Assembly (NCBI GenBank): GCA_963775425.1 | Contig: CAVZJB010000018.1 | Coordinates: 96,001 to 160,000, forward strand | Reading direction: 5' to 3' | DNA length: 64,000 nt | Origin: an uncultured delta proteobacterium | GTDB lineage: Bacteria; Myxococcota; UBA727; VGSZ01 | Part shown: one piece after another, positions 36,344 to 47,100 of the stretch | How positions within the stretch are numbered: position 1 is the first letter of the stretch | How the letters are laid out: each line of letters begins with the position of its first letter | Translations under genes and position numbers: made by a program | Notes under the pieces: generated by a model | Told to the model about the DNA's origin: nothing | Database searches by the model: none | The model's input: only the letters and a program-made list of their open reading frames with translations

Positions 36344-36865
36344 GTGGCTGAACCGACGGGTCGACTCGATCGCAGCTTGCTCGCGCTCTTCATCGCGTGC
36401 GCGCTGCTTGTCGTGGTCGACGTCGCCACCGACTTCACCGGCGCGCTCCGCGCCCTGCACATCGGCCTCGAGCTCGCGGCCTCCGCGCTCGCCGCCACGG
36501 GTGCGGCGGTCGTCTGGTCCCGCTCTGTGCGCGAGCGCCGCGACTTGCGCGCCGCGCTCGACAAGGCATCGCTCGACGTCGTCCGCTCGCGCGCCGAGGT
36601 CGATCGCTGGCGGGCCGAGTCGCGCACCGCCGTGGAAGGGCTCTCCGCGGCCATCGATCTTCAGTTCGATCGCTGGGCCTTGAGCGCCGCCGAGCGCGCG
36701 GTGGGATCGCTGCTGTTGAAAGGGCTGAGTCACAAGGAGATCGCGGCCGTCCTCGGCAAGAGCGAGCGCACCACACGCCAACAAGCGCTCGCGATCTACA
36801 AGAAGGGCTCGCTCGCGGGCCGCGCGGAGCTGTCCGCGTTCTTCCTCGAAGACCTCTTGAAGTGA
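36344..36865 (+). CDS. Membrane-anchored LuxR-family regulator
   Basis: Two TM helices; LSAAERAVGSLLLKGLSHKEIAAVLGKSERTTRQQ HTH; AAGGAG RBS. Confidence 0.88.
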   Translation: MAEPTGRLDRSLLALFIACALLVVVDVATDFTGALRALHIGLELAASALAATGAAVVWSRSVRERRDLRAALDKASLDVVRSRAEVDRWRAESRTAVEGLSAAIDLQFDRWALSAAERAVGSLLLKGLSHKEIAAVLGKSERTTRQQALAIYKKGSLAGRAELSAFFLEDLLK

Positions 36866-37069
36866 AAGGCTGACGAAAGATAAGGCTCGTAGCAGCGCTC
36901 GGCGAAGCCGCCCACAAGGTGGCTCGCCGCGCGGAGTACGTGGCGAGGCACGTCGGCGCGCAAGAACCGCTGCAGGTTGTGAGGAAACGGCGGGTCCGAG
37001 CGGTGTTGTGATCCCGCTATCAGCGGTGTGCGCGCCGACGTGCCTCGATGCGACGTCGGCGCGGACTTC

Positions 37070-37334
37070 AGCACGGCGTTGGCGTGCTCGGCGAGGGCAA
37101 ATCTCGGTGAGTTGCGAGTGCTTGGGCGCTCGGAATCAGCGAAGGCTAGACAACGTCGCCACCGCCGGAGCGGAAAGGAGCGGAGAGCTCGGCGCCCCGG
37201 CGCTCAACTCGGCGCGCGTCTTCGTCTTCGTCGCCGAGCTCGGAGCTCCTTTCCGCTCCGCCGTGTGGCCGTAGCACCGTCCCCTTCCGGGTGGCTCGGA
37301 TCAACGGTCCATCGGGCCAGCCCTCGTCGCCACT
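37070..37334. repeat. Hairpin repeat family B, copy 1 (copy 2 at 54483-54648)
   Basis: Shared blocks; perfect 16-bp IR CGGAGCGGAAAGGAGC (37166-37181)/GCTCCTTTCCGCTCCG (37245-37260). Confidence 0.85.
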
Positions 37335-37372
37335 CGCGGCGATGGATCGCTGTCCCCGGGAGCGCGGCTCGC

Positions 37373-37657
37373 TCAAGTCTGGATCAACACGAAGTCGAGC
37401 GTCTCGTCGGCGTAGATGCCGTGCGGCGCGTCGCGCGGAACCTCGACGACGGAGCCAGGGCCGGCGGCGAACGTGGTGTCGCCGACGATGATGCGTCCCT
37501 CCCCGGAGACGACGACGATCGCCGTGTCCGTCGCAGCGGGGTGGACCGGGAGCTCTTCACCTCCCGGCACCGTCATCTTGATGATCTTGACCGCGCCCTG
37601 GTCGGAGACGACCTCGCTCGTGACGTGGGTCTTGATGGCTTCGGTGACATGGCTCAT
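37373..37657 (-). CDS. Cupin domain protein
   Basis: ELPVHP...VVSGEG...GPGSVVEVPRDAPHGI; GGAGG RBS. Confidence 0.85.
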   Translation of the reverse strand: MSHVTEAIKTHVTSEVVSDQGAVKIIKMTVPGGEELPVHPAATDTAIVVVSGEGRIIVGDTTFAAGPGSVVEVPRDAPHGIYADETLDFVLIQT

Positions 37658-37885
37658 GGCGAACCTCCTCTGCTCCATCTGCGGGAGCTTCAACGACCAT
37701 GCCGATGGCGCTCCCCGTCAGGACACGGCCGCGCAGCATGCCGTGTGTCGGGTGCAACAACACGTTCACACAGATGCGCGATTCGACACCCGGCGACGAG
37801 GGCAGCGAACGCAGCCGGAACCGCCGCGCGGTGATGGTTCGAGGGTTGCAGCCGGATCCTCCGCCTGCGACGAAGAGGAGGCGCC

Positions 37886-38491
37886 ATGTCGACATCCGGC
37901 GCGCGACTGACCGAACGGAGCCGCCCGAAGCGAGCACGGTCCCACGACGTGCTCGGAGCGATTGACGCGGACCACGCCGCGCTGCTCGCGCTCTTCCGCG
38001 ACCTGGGGCGTGCCGCCGAGGCGCGGGACGGCGGCAGCAGGCGGCACATCGCCCGCCGTCTGCGCTCGGGGCTGCTCTCGTTGCGCGCGGCCGAGGATCG
38101 CGTCGTCTACGATCGGCTCACGCCCGGAGAGGACACGGAGATCGAAGCCGCCGTCGCGGAGGCGCGCGAGCACCACGCGCAGATCGAGCAGACGCTCGGC
38201 GAGATCGACGCCGCCGAGCACGATGGCGTGGACGCGGCTCGCGAGATCGCGGTCCTCGAGGCGCTCTTTCGGCGCCACGTCGATCACACCCGACACGGTG
38301 TCCGCGCCGCCGTGAGCAAGGCGTTCGACCCCGAGACCCGACGAAGGCTCGGCGACGAGTACATGGCGCAGCGGCGGTCGCCGACGAGAGCCAGATCGCG
38401 GGCCGGCGCGCGCTCCAGTCGCGCTCCGAGTCGGTTGAGCAGCACGCTCGACATGACGACCTCCGCTGAGCTCAGCCACGGCCTGTGGTGA
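37886..38491 (+). CDS. Hemerythrin/HHE-domain protein, possibly degenerate
   Basis: IDADH, AEDRVVY, AREHHAQI, RRHVD pattern; GGAGG RBS. Confidence 0.65.
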   Translation: MSTSGARLTERSRPKRARSHDVLGAIDADHAALLALFRDLGRAAEARDGGSRRHIARRLRSGLLSLRAAEDRVVYDRLTPGEDTEIEAAVAEAREHHAQIEQTLGEIDAAEHDGVDAAREIAVLEALFRRHVDHTRHGVRAAVSKAFDPETRRRLGDEYMAQRRSPTRARSRAGARSSRAPSRLSSTLDMTTSAELSHGLW

Positions 38492-38529
38492 TCGCGCCCG
38501 GAGTGTCTCCGCGCGAGCACGGCATCGAC

Positions 38530-38860
38530 GCTCGAGTACGCGAACTTCGCCGTCGAGCAGATTGACACGGTGGCGTCGCTCATCGGGTTGCCGGCCATCG
38601 CATGGACCGCCGTCGCATTGCCGGTAGGGATTTCGTTCCTCGTGTCCCACTCGATCTCGTACACGATCGACGTCTATCGCGGTGGGTGCGCCCCGCGCAG
38701 AAACATCCTCGACGTCGCGCTCTATCTCTCGCTCTTCCCGCAACTCATCGCCGGCCCGATTGTTCGCTACCACGAGGTCGCTTCCCAGATCGACGACCGG
38801 CACGCCACGCTCGACGATGTCGCCGCGGGCGCCGCTCGATTTACGTACGGCTTGTGTCGC
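38530..38860 (+). pseudogene. MBOAT (AlgI/DltB-like) O-acyltransferase internal fragment
   Basis: LPVGISF...[10 protein letters not shown]...[12 protein letters not shown]...RFTYGL; both ends missing. Confidence 0.85.
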
Positions 38861-38899
38861 CGAGGGCGCGCGCGACCGCGAGCGCGCGGGCGCGGTCGA

Positions 38900-38988
38900 C
38901 GGCACCGTTCGGGCGTTCATGCGCGCACCCTCGGCGCGAAGAAAAAACCAGGGGCGCCCGAGGGGACGGGCCTCGTCGCCGTCCTTTG
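38900..38988 (-). repeat. Hairpin repeat family A, inverted partial copy 3
   Basis: CGGCACCGTTCGGGCGTTCATGCGCGCACCCTCGGCGCGAAGAAAAAACCAGGGGCGCCC matches the reverse complement of 19308-19365. Confidence 0.75.
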
Positions 38989-39060
38989 AGGAGCACATCT
39001 GACTGCAAAAGCACCGGCCGGTTGTGACGGCTGTTACCGACGCTCGAGGTCGCGGACGGC

Positions 39061-41112
39061 ATGATCCGCGCGCTTTCGAGGACCCACATGCACCAGAGCT
39101 CCACTTCGCAGGGAACACGCTGGCTCGTCGCGCTCGGCGTGCTCGCGTTCGCCGGCGCGTGCCCCGCCCCGCAGACCACCGACGACGGCGACGGCCCGCG
39201 GCGCGTGCCGCAGCTCCCCACGTGCGACGTCGACGGCGACTGTCGCGACAACGAGCAGTGCGTCGACGGCCGCTGCCACGTCCAGTGCACCGACGCCTCC
39301 GGCTGCGGCGGCGACCGCGCGATCTGCGACTCCGATCGCGGCATCTGCGTGCGCTGCCTCAAGGACGCGGACTGCCCGACAGCCCAGGTCTGCGACGACG
39401 CCACCAGCGAGTGCATCGACGACACCTCCGCCGGCGAAGGGGAAGGCGAAGGTGAGGGCGACACCGGCACCTGCACCCCCGACGCCGCCGGCTGCGTCGA
39501 CGAGCACACCGCCTTCGTCTGCGCCCACGACGGCAACAGCCGCACCACCGCCGCCTGCCGCGACGACCAGCTCTGCATCGACGGCGCCTGCCACGCCCTC
39601 GTGTGCACGCCCGGCGCCGCCGTGTGCTCCGGCAGCTCCCGCGTGGTCTGCAACGCAAACGGCACCGCCACCACGGTGACGTCGTGCAACCAGGGCTGCA
39701 CCGAGCCCCTCGGCTGCTCCTGCGTCGAGGGACAGTGCGCGCCGCGCTCGTGCGAGCCCAACGCCGCCCGCTGCGTCGGCAACAGCGCCCAGGAGTGCGA
39801 CGCCCTCGGCCTCGGCTTCTCCGACCTCGTCGACTGCGGCGCCGACACCTGCACCGGCGGCCGCTGTCTCGCCGACGTCTGCACCCCCGGCGACACCCTC
39901 TGCTCCGGCCGCACGCTCCTCACGTGCAACACCGGCGGCACGGGCTTCGACGAGTCCACCTGCGCCGAGGCCTGCACCGGCGCCGACGGCTCCGCCGCCT
40001 GCACCGCGCGCGTGTGCGACCCGCTGAGCACGACGTGCAAGGACGCCGGCACCCGCCGCGTGTGCAACGCCGACGGCACCGCCAGCGCCGACGTCCCCTG
40101 CGGCGACGGCGAGACCTGCACCGACGGCGTGTGCCAGACGAGCGAGTGCGTCCCCCAGTGCGGCGGCCGCACCTGCGGCCCCGACCCGATCTGCGGCGCC
40201 TCGTGCGGCACCTGCGCCGGCACCTGCAGCGCCGGCGGCGTCTGCCAGGCGCCGAGCGGCCCGGTCCTCGGCGTGTCGCTGTCGTGGACGCCGGCGACGG
40301 AGGACATGGACCTCTACCTGTCGCGCGATCCCGCCGAGGCCACCATGTGCACCACCGACACGTGCTTCTTCGGCACCTGCCAGGCGAGCGACGCGCGCCC
40401 GGACTGGGACGGCACCGGGACCGTGAGCGCGGGCGACCCGCTCCTCGACGTCGCCGACGTCGTCCACGACAACCCCGAGGCGCTGCACCTCACGCTCCCC
40501 GACGGCGCCCCCGCCCACTTCCGCGTCGGCGCCGACAACTTCGGCGGCGTCGACGGCGCCACCGCGGTGAACGCCACCGCCACCGTGCGCATCTCCCTCG
40601 ACGGCACCGTCGTCGCCACGCACAGCCACGCCGTCGCCATCGGCGCGCAGTGGCGCGGCGTCGTCATCGACTGGGACGGCGCGAGCCTGACGAGCGCCGA
40701 CCAGGGAACGCTCCAGGCGGACTTCACCTGCACGTCGCCCACCGGCGGCGGCGGCAACACCTGCGCCGTCGACGGCGACTGCCCCGCCGGCCAGGGTTGC
40801 ATCAGCGACTTCCTCGGCCTCACGAGCTCGTGTCAGACGGTGCAGTGCACCGCGGACAACCAGTGCGGCGGCGGCGGCCAGCAGTGCAGCGGCAGCCACA
40901 CCTGCGTCGTCGGCCCGCTCAAGGGCTGGAAGCAGCCGTGCTCGAGCGCCACCGAGTGCCACGAGGGCTTCCACTGCGACGCCATCACCAACGTCTGCGA
41001 GGAGGCGTGCCTCCCGCAGTTCTGCGCCGCCGCGGGGTGCTGCCCGCTGACGGGCGGCACCACGTGCACGCCCGACCCGCTGTTCGGCATCACCGGCAAC
41101 TGCGACCCGTGA
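39061..41112 (+). CDS. Cys-rich repeat lipoprotein
   Basis: FAGAC lipobox; GEGEGEGEG linker; many CxPxxxxC repeats; LSW...DMDLYL...NPE beta-domain; start could be 39088. Confidence 0.85.
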   Translation: MIRALSRTHMHQSSTSQGTRWLVALGVLAFAGACPAPQTTDDGDGPRRVPQLPTCDVDGDCRDNEQCVDGRCHVQCTDASGCGGDRAICDSDRGICVRCLKDADCPTAQVCDDATSECIDDTSAGEGEGEGEGDTGTCTPDAAGCVDEHTAFVCAHDGNSRTTAACRDDQLCIDGACHALVCTPGAAVCSGSSRVVCNANGTATTVTSCNQGCTEPLGCSCVEGQCAPRSCEPNAARCVGNSAQECDALGLGFSDLVDCGADTCTGGRCLADVCTPGDTLCSGRTLLTCNTGGTGFDESTCAEACTGADGSAACTARVCDPLSTTCKDAGTRRVCNADGTASADVPCGDGETCTDGVCQTSECVPQCGGRTCGPDPICGASCGTCAGTCSAGGVCQAPSGPVLGVSLSWTPATEDMDLYLSRDPAEATMCTTDTCFFGTCQASDARPDWDGTGTVSAGDPLLDVADVVHDNPEALHLTLPDGAPAHFRVGADNFGGVDGATAVNATATVRISLDGTVVATHSHAVAIGAQWRGVVIDWDGASLTSADQGTLQADFTCTSPTGGGGNTCAVDGDCPAGQGCISDFLGLTSSCQTVQCTADNQCGGGGQQCSGSHTCVVGPLKGWKQPCSSATECHEGFHCDAITNVCEEACLPQFCAAAGCCPLTGGTTCTPDPLFGITGNCDP

Positions 41113-41160
41113 CGACGGCTCACGCAGGCGGGCGAGCGGCCCGCCCGCGCGAGCGAGGCG

Positions 41161-44100
41161 TCAGGGGCCGACGGGGAGGTCGATGACGCTGCCGTCGCCG
41201 CCGTCGCCGCCGTTGCCCGCCGGGCCGTTGCCAAAGCCGCCAGGCGCGCCCGGGGCGAAGATGCCGCCGGCGCCGCCGAGGTTGACGCGCTCGATGACGG
41301 CCATGCCGCCAGCGCCGCCGCCGCCGCCGCCGGACTGGTCGGAGCCGCCGCTGTCGCCGCCCGGCAGCCCTCCGAGCGAGATGCTGCCGTCGAGCTGGAC
41401 CAGGTTGGCGATCATGATCAGGATGCCGCCCCCCGCGCCGCCGCCGCCGCCGGGCGGGTTGGCCACGAGGTCGTTGGCCGCGCCGCCGGCGCCGCCGCCC
41501 GCGCCGAGCGTGACGGGGCCGACCGAGCCCGGGGGATCGACGCGGTAGGAGACGCCGCCCTGGCCGTTGCACGTGCTGAACGCGCTGGTGGCGTCGAGGC
41601 CGTTGGTGGTGTGCGCGCCGCCGCCGCCGCCGACGCCGCCTGTGCCGGTGCAGGCGGAGGCGTCGCCGCCGCCGCCGCCGCCGTTGTTCTCGGTGATGCC
41701 GATGTTGGCGAGCCCCGCGATGCTCTCGCCCGCCTGTCCGGCGGAGCCGGGGATGTCGTTGCTGGCGCCGCCGGCGAAGCCTGTGCCGGACAGCTCGATG
41801 AGGCCGGTGGGCTCGACGAGGGCCTGGTTGCGCGCGAAGAACGCGATGACGCCTCCCCGCAGGCCGTCCCACGGCCCGGTCGTGAGCGTGTCGAGGATGT
41901 CGACGTTGGCGTACTGCGGCACGCGCTGGAGGATCACGCGCTGCTGTCCCGGGCCGACGCCGATGTTGGAGTCGTCGCCGGGGTTGTCGCCGTAGCTCGC
42001 GGTCTTCGGCTGCTGGAACACCACGGTGTCGCCGGTGGGGCCGACGCCGTCGGCCACGAGCGTCTCGAAGGAGCCGACGTTGGCGGTGAAGCCGGGGCGG
42101 CCCTGCAGGTTGATGAGCAGGACGATGTCACCGGGGAAGAAGCACGAGGGATCGAGCGTGGTGTCGATGCTCGCCTCCTGCGGGCTCAGAAAGCCCGTGA
42201 CGTTCACCGACACCGCGTCCGGACAGCTGCGCCCGGGGCTCTGGATGGTGTCGAAGCTCGTGACGCCGGTGACGGTGAGGTCGCCGTCGACGCCGCTGCC
42301 GAACGTGCCCCCGCCCTGCACGGCGCCGCCCGTGCACGCCGGCGAATTCGGGTCGGGGTTGCACGGGTCGAGGAAGCCGGGTTGGTCGTCGAGGTTCGGG
42401 ACCCCGTCGCCGTCGAAGTCGCCCGAGGTGCAGGCGCTGTTGGTGTTGTCGGGGATGCACGGGTCGCGGAAGTCGGGGATGCCGTCGCCGTTTTGGTCCG
42501 CCGGGCCCTCCTGGCCGGTGGGGATCCCGTCGTTGTCGTCGTCGAAGTCGAGGGCGTCGATGGTGCCGTCGACGTCGGTGTCGAGCGGCCGCCCCAAATC
42601 GGGCCCGACCTCGGGGCCGTCCGGGATCCCGTCGCCGTCGGTGTCGCCGCTGTTCGGGTTGGTGCCGATGGACAGCTCGAGGTCGTCGGGGAGCCCGTCG
42701 CCGTCGGTGTCGTTGGTCCCGCCGCCCGAGGGGTGGCAGAAGTTGTCCGGGCCGCAGACGTCGCCGCTGGCGCACTCCCCCTGCGCGCAGGAGCCGAAGC
42801 CGCAGTCCTGCGTGCAGATGTCGGGGTTTTCGAAGGCGAGGTCGCAGAAGTTGTCGCCGCAGAAGCCGGCGGCGCCGCCGCAGTCGGACGGACAGGTCTG
42901 CGGCTCGTTGCCCTCGCAGATGCGATCGCCGCACACGCCGCCGACGCTGCCTTTGGCCTGGCAGTCCAGCGGACAGGTGACGTCGTCCTCGACGCTGTTG
43001 TCACAGACGCCGTCACCGCAGACGGCGGCGCAATCCTCGGGGCAGCCCTGGAAGGTCTCGCCGGTGTCGCACGCGCTGTCGCCGCAGGTGCCGGTGGGGC
43101 AGAAGCCGAAGGTCTCGGCGGTGCCGCCGAACTGGCCGATCCCTTCGTAGTGGAAGTACCAGCGGTTGAGCGACGGCAGGACCGTGAGGCTGCACATGTC
43201 GCTCAGGTCCTGGAACGGGATCTGGCGAATGATCGTCTGCGTGTCGACGTCGAGCTGCGACAAGGAGCCGAACGACGCGTAGGTGACGACGCGGTCGCCG
43301 TTGATGATGTCGAGGACGCCCCACGACGCCCAGTTCTCACAGCTCTGCATGTTCGGCGGCGCGATGGCGGCCGGCAGCGTGTTGGTCGCGCCCGTGGCGG
43401 TGTCGATGAGCGTCCATGTCGACGGCGCCGAGAAGATCAGGATCTGGCCGGCGCCGGCGAAGACGCCGTTGGCGAAGTTGCCGGTGTCGACGGTCACCGG
43501 CGGGGACACCGGGATGCTCGACCCCGTCGGCGCGAGCGTGAGCGGGTCGAGCCCCTCGAGCTGATCGATGACGAAGGTGCCGACCCCGTTGGCCAGCTCG
43601 CCGTTGGCGGCGTTGGCGAGGGAGAAGAGCTGCCCGCTGCCGGTGTCCGCGACGATGCCGTCGATGATGCGGCCGGCGGGCTGCACCGACGACAGGTCGA
43701 GCGAGATGATCGCGGTCTGGGAGTCGCCCGTGTAGTAGGCGGCCGACGGCGTGACGGCGATGCCGCCGCGGTCGTCGCCGGCGACGGCCTCCTCGTCGGT
43801 GATCTGGCAGCCCTGATCGAGGAATTCGAAGCGCGTCGCGAAGGCGGCGTCGACGCTGACGACCGCCGTCGAGCTCGGGCACGCCGGCGGCTGCCCCGGG
43901 CCCACGGCGCACAGCCGGTAGTCGCCCGGGGGCAGCCCGGGGGTGCTCGGCAGCTCGAAGGCGCCCACGAAGGAGCAGCCGCGCGACGCCAGATCGCACG
44001 CGCCCGCGCCGATGGTGTCGACGACGACGTCGGTGCCGTTGTTGACGTCCTCGGCGACGATGGTGTCGCCCGCGAACACGGTGCCGACGCCGCCGAGCGG

Positions 44101-47100
44101 GCCGCCGGCGGGGATCACCGACGGGAAGCTGGCGTCGATGCTGCGCGGCGCGAACGACAGCGTGGTGCTCGAGCTGACCGCGAGCGCGTCGGAGGCGTCG
44201 GTCTTGAGGACCGCGTGATACTCGCCGGGCGGGACCGGGCTCGTCGACGTGAACGCCAAAAGCGCTACCGTCCCGGCGGCGCCGTTCGGCGGCGTGGCGC
44301 TGCTCCAGGTGCCGGAGGCGACGACGGTGCCGGTGTCGTCGCTGACGTCGAACGTGGTCGGCTGGCCGAAGAGCGGGTCGAGCGGCGCCAGGAAGCCCGC
44401 GGCGAGGACGAGGCCCGACGGGTCCTGGTCGGCGGGCATCACGTCGCCGAAGGGAGAGGCGATGAGGTCGAGCGGCGGCGCGCTGGCCGCGGGCGCGCCC
44501 TTGGAGACGAACGGCGGGAGCGCGCCCCCGTTCACCGGGTCGTCGTACAGGAGCGCGATGTTGTAGTCGTTGCCGGGGACGAGCGTGGGCGGCGCGCCGG
44601 TCTGGATGAACGTGTCCGACGCGCCGAGGAGCGCGATGGGCAGCTCGGAGGTCGGGCTCTTCAAGGACACGCCGCTGAGCGCCGCGCCCGCCAGCCGATC
44701 CCCGAACAGCACCAGCCCCGCGCCGCTCGGGACGGAGGCGGCGATGCTCGGCGTGAGCGCCTGGAACGAGGGCGTGTCGAGCGTGCCGCCGCCGGCGAGG
44801 GCGAGCTGCAGGTGCAGCGGCCCCGCCGAGGCGCTGTCGGGGAGCTGCGCGCTGATCTGCACCGCCGCCGACACCGACGACGTCGACAGCAGCGTGGCCG
44901 CGCCCGCGATCGGCGCGCCGCCGCCGTCGACGACGGTGGCGCCGGTGACGGCGTCGAGCGCGCCGCCGAGGACGGTGATGACGTCGCCGGGGACCACGGC
45001 GTTCACCACGCTCGGGTCCACGAGCGCGGCCGAGGGCGTGCCCCCGCCGCCGTTGCCGCCGTCGTTGTAGTCGAGCGCGATGGTGGCGGCGGACGCGTTG
45101 GGGTTCTGGAACGACACCGCGACGATGCCGGCCTGCTGGCGCGCGGGCGCCGTGAACGTCACGCTCGTCGCCGTCACCGTCCGGCTCGACACCGTGGCGC
45201 CGCCGACCTTGAGGACGCCGGCGTTGTCGAAGTCCGCGCCGGTGAGCGTGATGCCCCCGCCGGCGAGGGGCAGTTGGTCGGGCTCGATGGCGTCGATGCG
45301 CGCCGTGGTGCCCGTGGGCGGCGGCGGCGGGACGTCGGTGTAGCCGAGCAAGGTGCTCGCGCTCTGGCCGTCCGGGTTCCTGATGACGACGGCGGCGGAG
45401 CCCGCGGCGTGCGCGGGCGCGGCGAAGGACGCGCTCGTCGACGTGAGCGTCACGGCCCCGGCGGCGAGCGCCGTGCCGGCGACGCTGACGGTGGCCTGCG
45501 TCGAAAAGCCGCTGCCGCTCACGAGGACGGCGTCGCCGCCGCTCGACTGCACCGTCTGCGGGCTGACGGCGGTGATGACGGGGGCCGCGGCGGCGACGGT
45601 GTCGATGCCGAGGCTGGCGGTGGCGGTCTTTCCGTCGAGGTTGACGACGCTGAGCACCACCACGGCGGGCAGCGTGACGCCCGGGTCCGGCACGGTGAAG
45701 GTGATGGAGGTGCTGCTCCTGGCCGTGACCGCGGCGCTGTTTCCGTCGACGACGGCGTTGCCCACGCGCAGGCTCGCGAGGTTGAAGCCGCCGCCGGCGA
45801 TGGTGGCGCTGTCGCCGATGTGGGCGATGGCCGGCGACACCGACTGCACCACGGGGTTGGGCGTGCCGCTCGGCTTCACGTACGAGAACGTGGCGCTGGT
45901 GCTCTGCCCGTCGACGTTGGTGAATTCCACGGCCACGGCCGCGCCGCTTTGGCCCACGATGGCGTCGAGGTTGGGCACGCGGAAGCTCAAGGACGTCGCC
46001 GAGGCGGTGGTCGGCGTCACGAGCTGGCCGCCGACGATCAGGTGCGCGCCCGTGAGGAGCGCGCCGCCTTGCACGTCGAAGCTGCGGCCCGACAGCGTCA
46101 TCAGCGTGTTGGCCTGCGCCGTCGACGGCGACAGCGTGTCGATGACGGGCGGGACGCCGAGCACGGTGAAGTAGGTGTAGACGGTGGTGTCGCTCTGGCC
46201 GTCGTCGTCGATGACCCGCACCACCACGGGCCCGTCCGTGCCGGACGTGGGCGCCACGAAGGTGATGCTGGTGTCGGAGAAGTCGGTGACGTCGGCGGCG
46301 GCGCTGCCCACGATGACCGCGGGGTTCCTGAAGTTGGCGCCGGTCATGTTGATGATGACGGGCGTGTCCTTGTTGCCCGCGCTCGGCGAGAGGGCGTCGA
46401 TGCGCGGCGCGGGGCCGGTGGGCTCGAGGAAGTGGAAGGCGCCCGTGAGATCGGCGCTGTGGCCGTCGAGGTTCTGCACGTGCAGCGTGTAGTCGCCGCC
46501 GGCGGGGACCTGCGGCGTGGCCGCGAGGAGAGTGGTGGTGGAGACGCGGTTCACGTTGGGCGAAGTGAAGCTCCCGCCGGCGCCGTCGACGAAGGACACG
46601 TTGACGCCCGCGCGGAAGCCGGAGCCGCTGATGACGATGAAGGTGCCGCCGTCGACGCTGGAGCTGTCGGGGAAGGCGGTCTGCACGGCGGGGTCGGGGA
46701 TGAAGTAGCTGAAGCCGCCGACGAGCGTGGCGCGCTGACCGTCGACGTTGATGACCTCGACGTCGACGGCGCCGGCGTTGTTGTGCGCGGGCGTGGTGCA
46801 GGTGAGGCTGGTGCCGCCGTTGACGGTGACGTCGCCCGCCTTATCGCCGTCGAAGAGCACGGTGGCCCCGTCGAGGAGGTTCTGGCCCACGAGGGTGACG
46901 ACGTCGCCGCCGTCGATGCTGCCGGTGGCGGGGCTCAGGCTGGTGAGCGCGGGCGCCGGCTGATCGGGCGTGATGTAGGTGAAGTTGCGCGCGTTGGAGG
47001 GCAGGGACAGCCGCACGAAGCCCGCGGGATCGTCGGGCTGCGCGTCCAGGATGTTCTGCACGGTGACGACGACGATGCCGGCGGCGTGCGGCGGCGCCGT

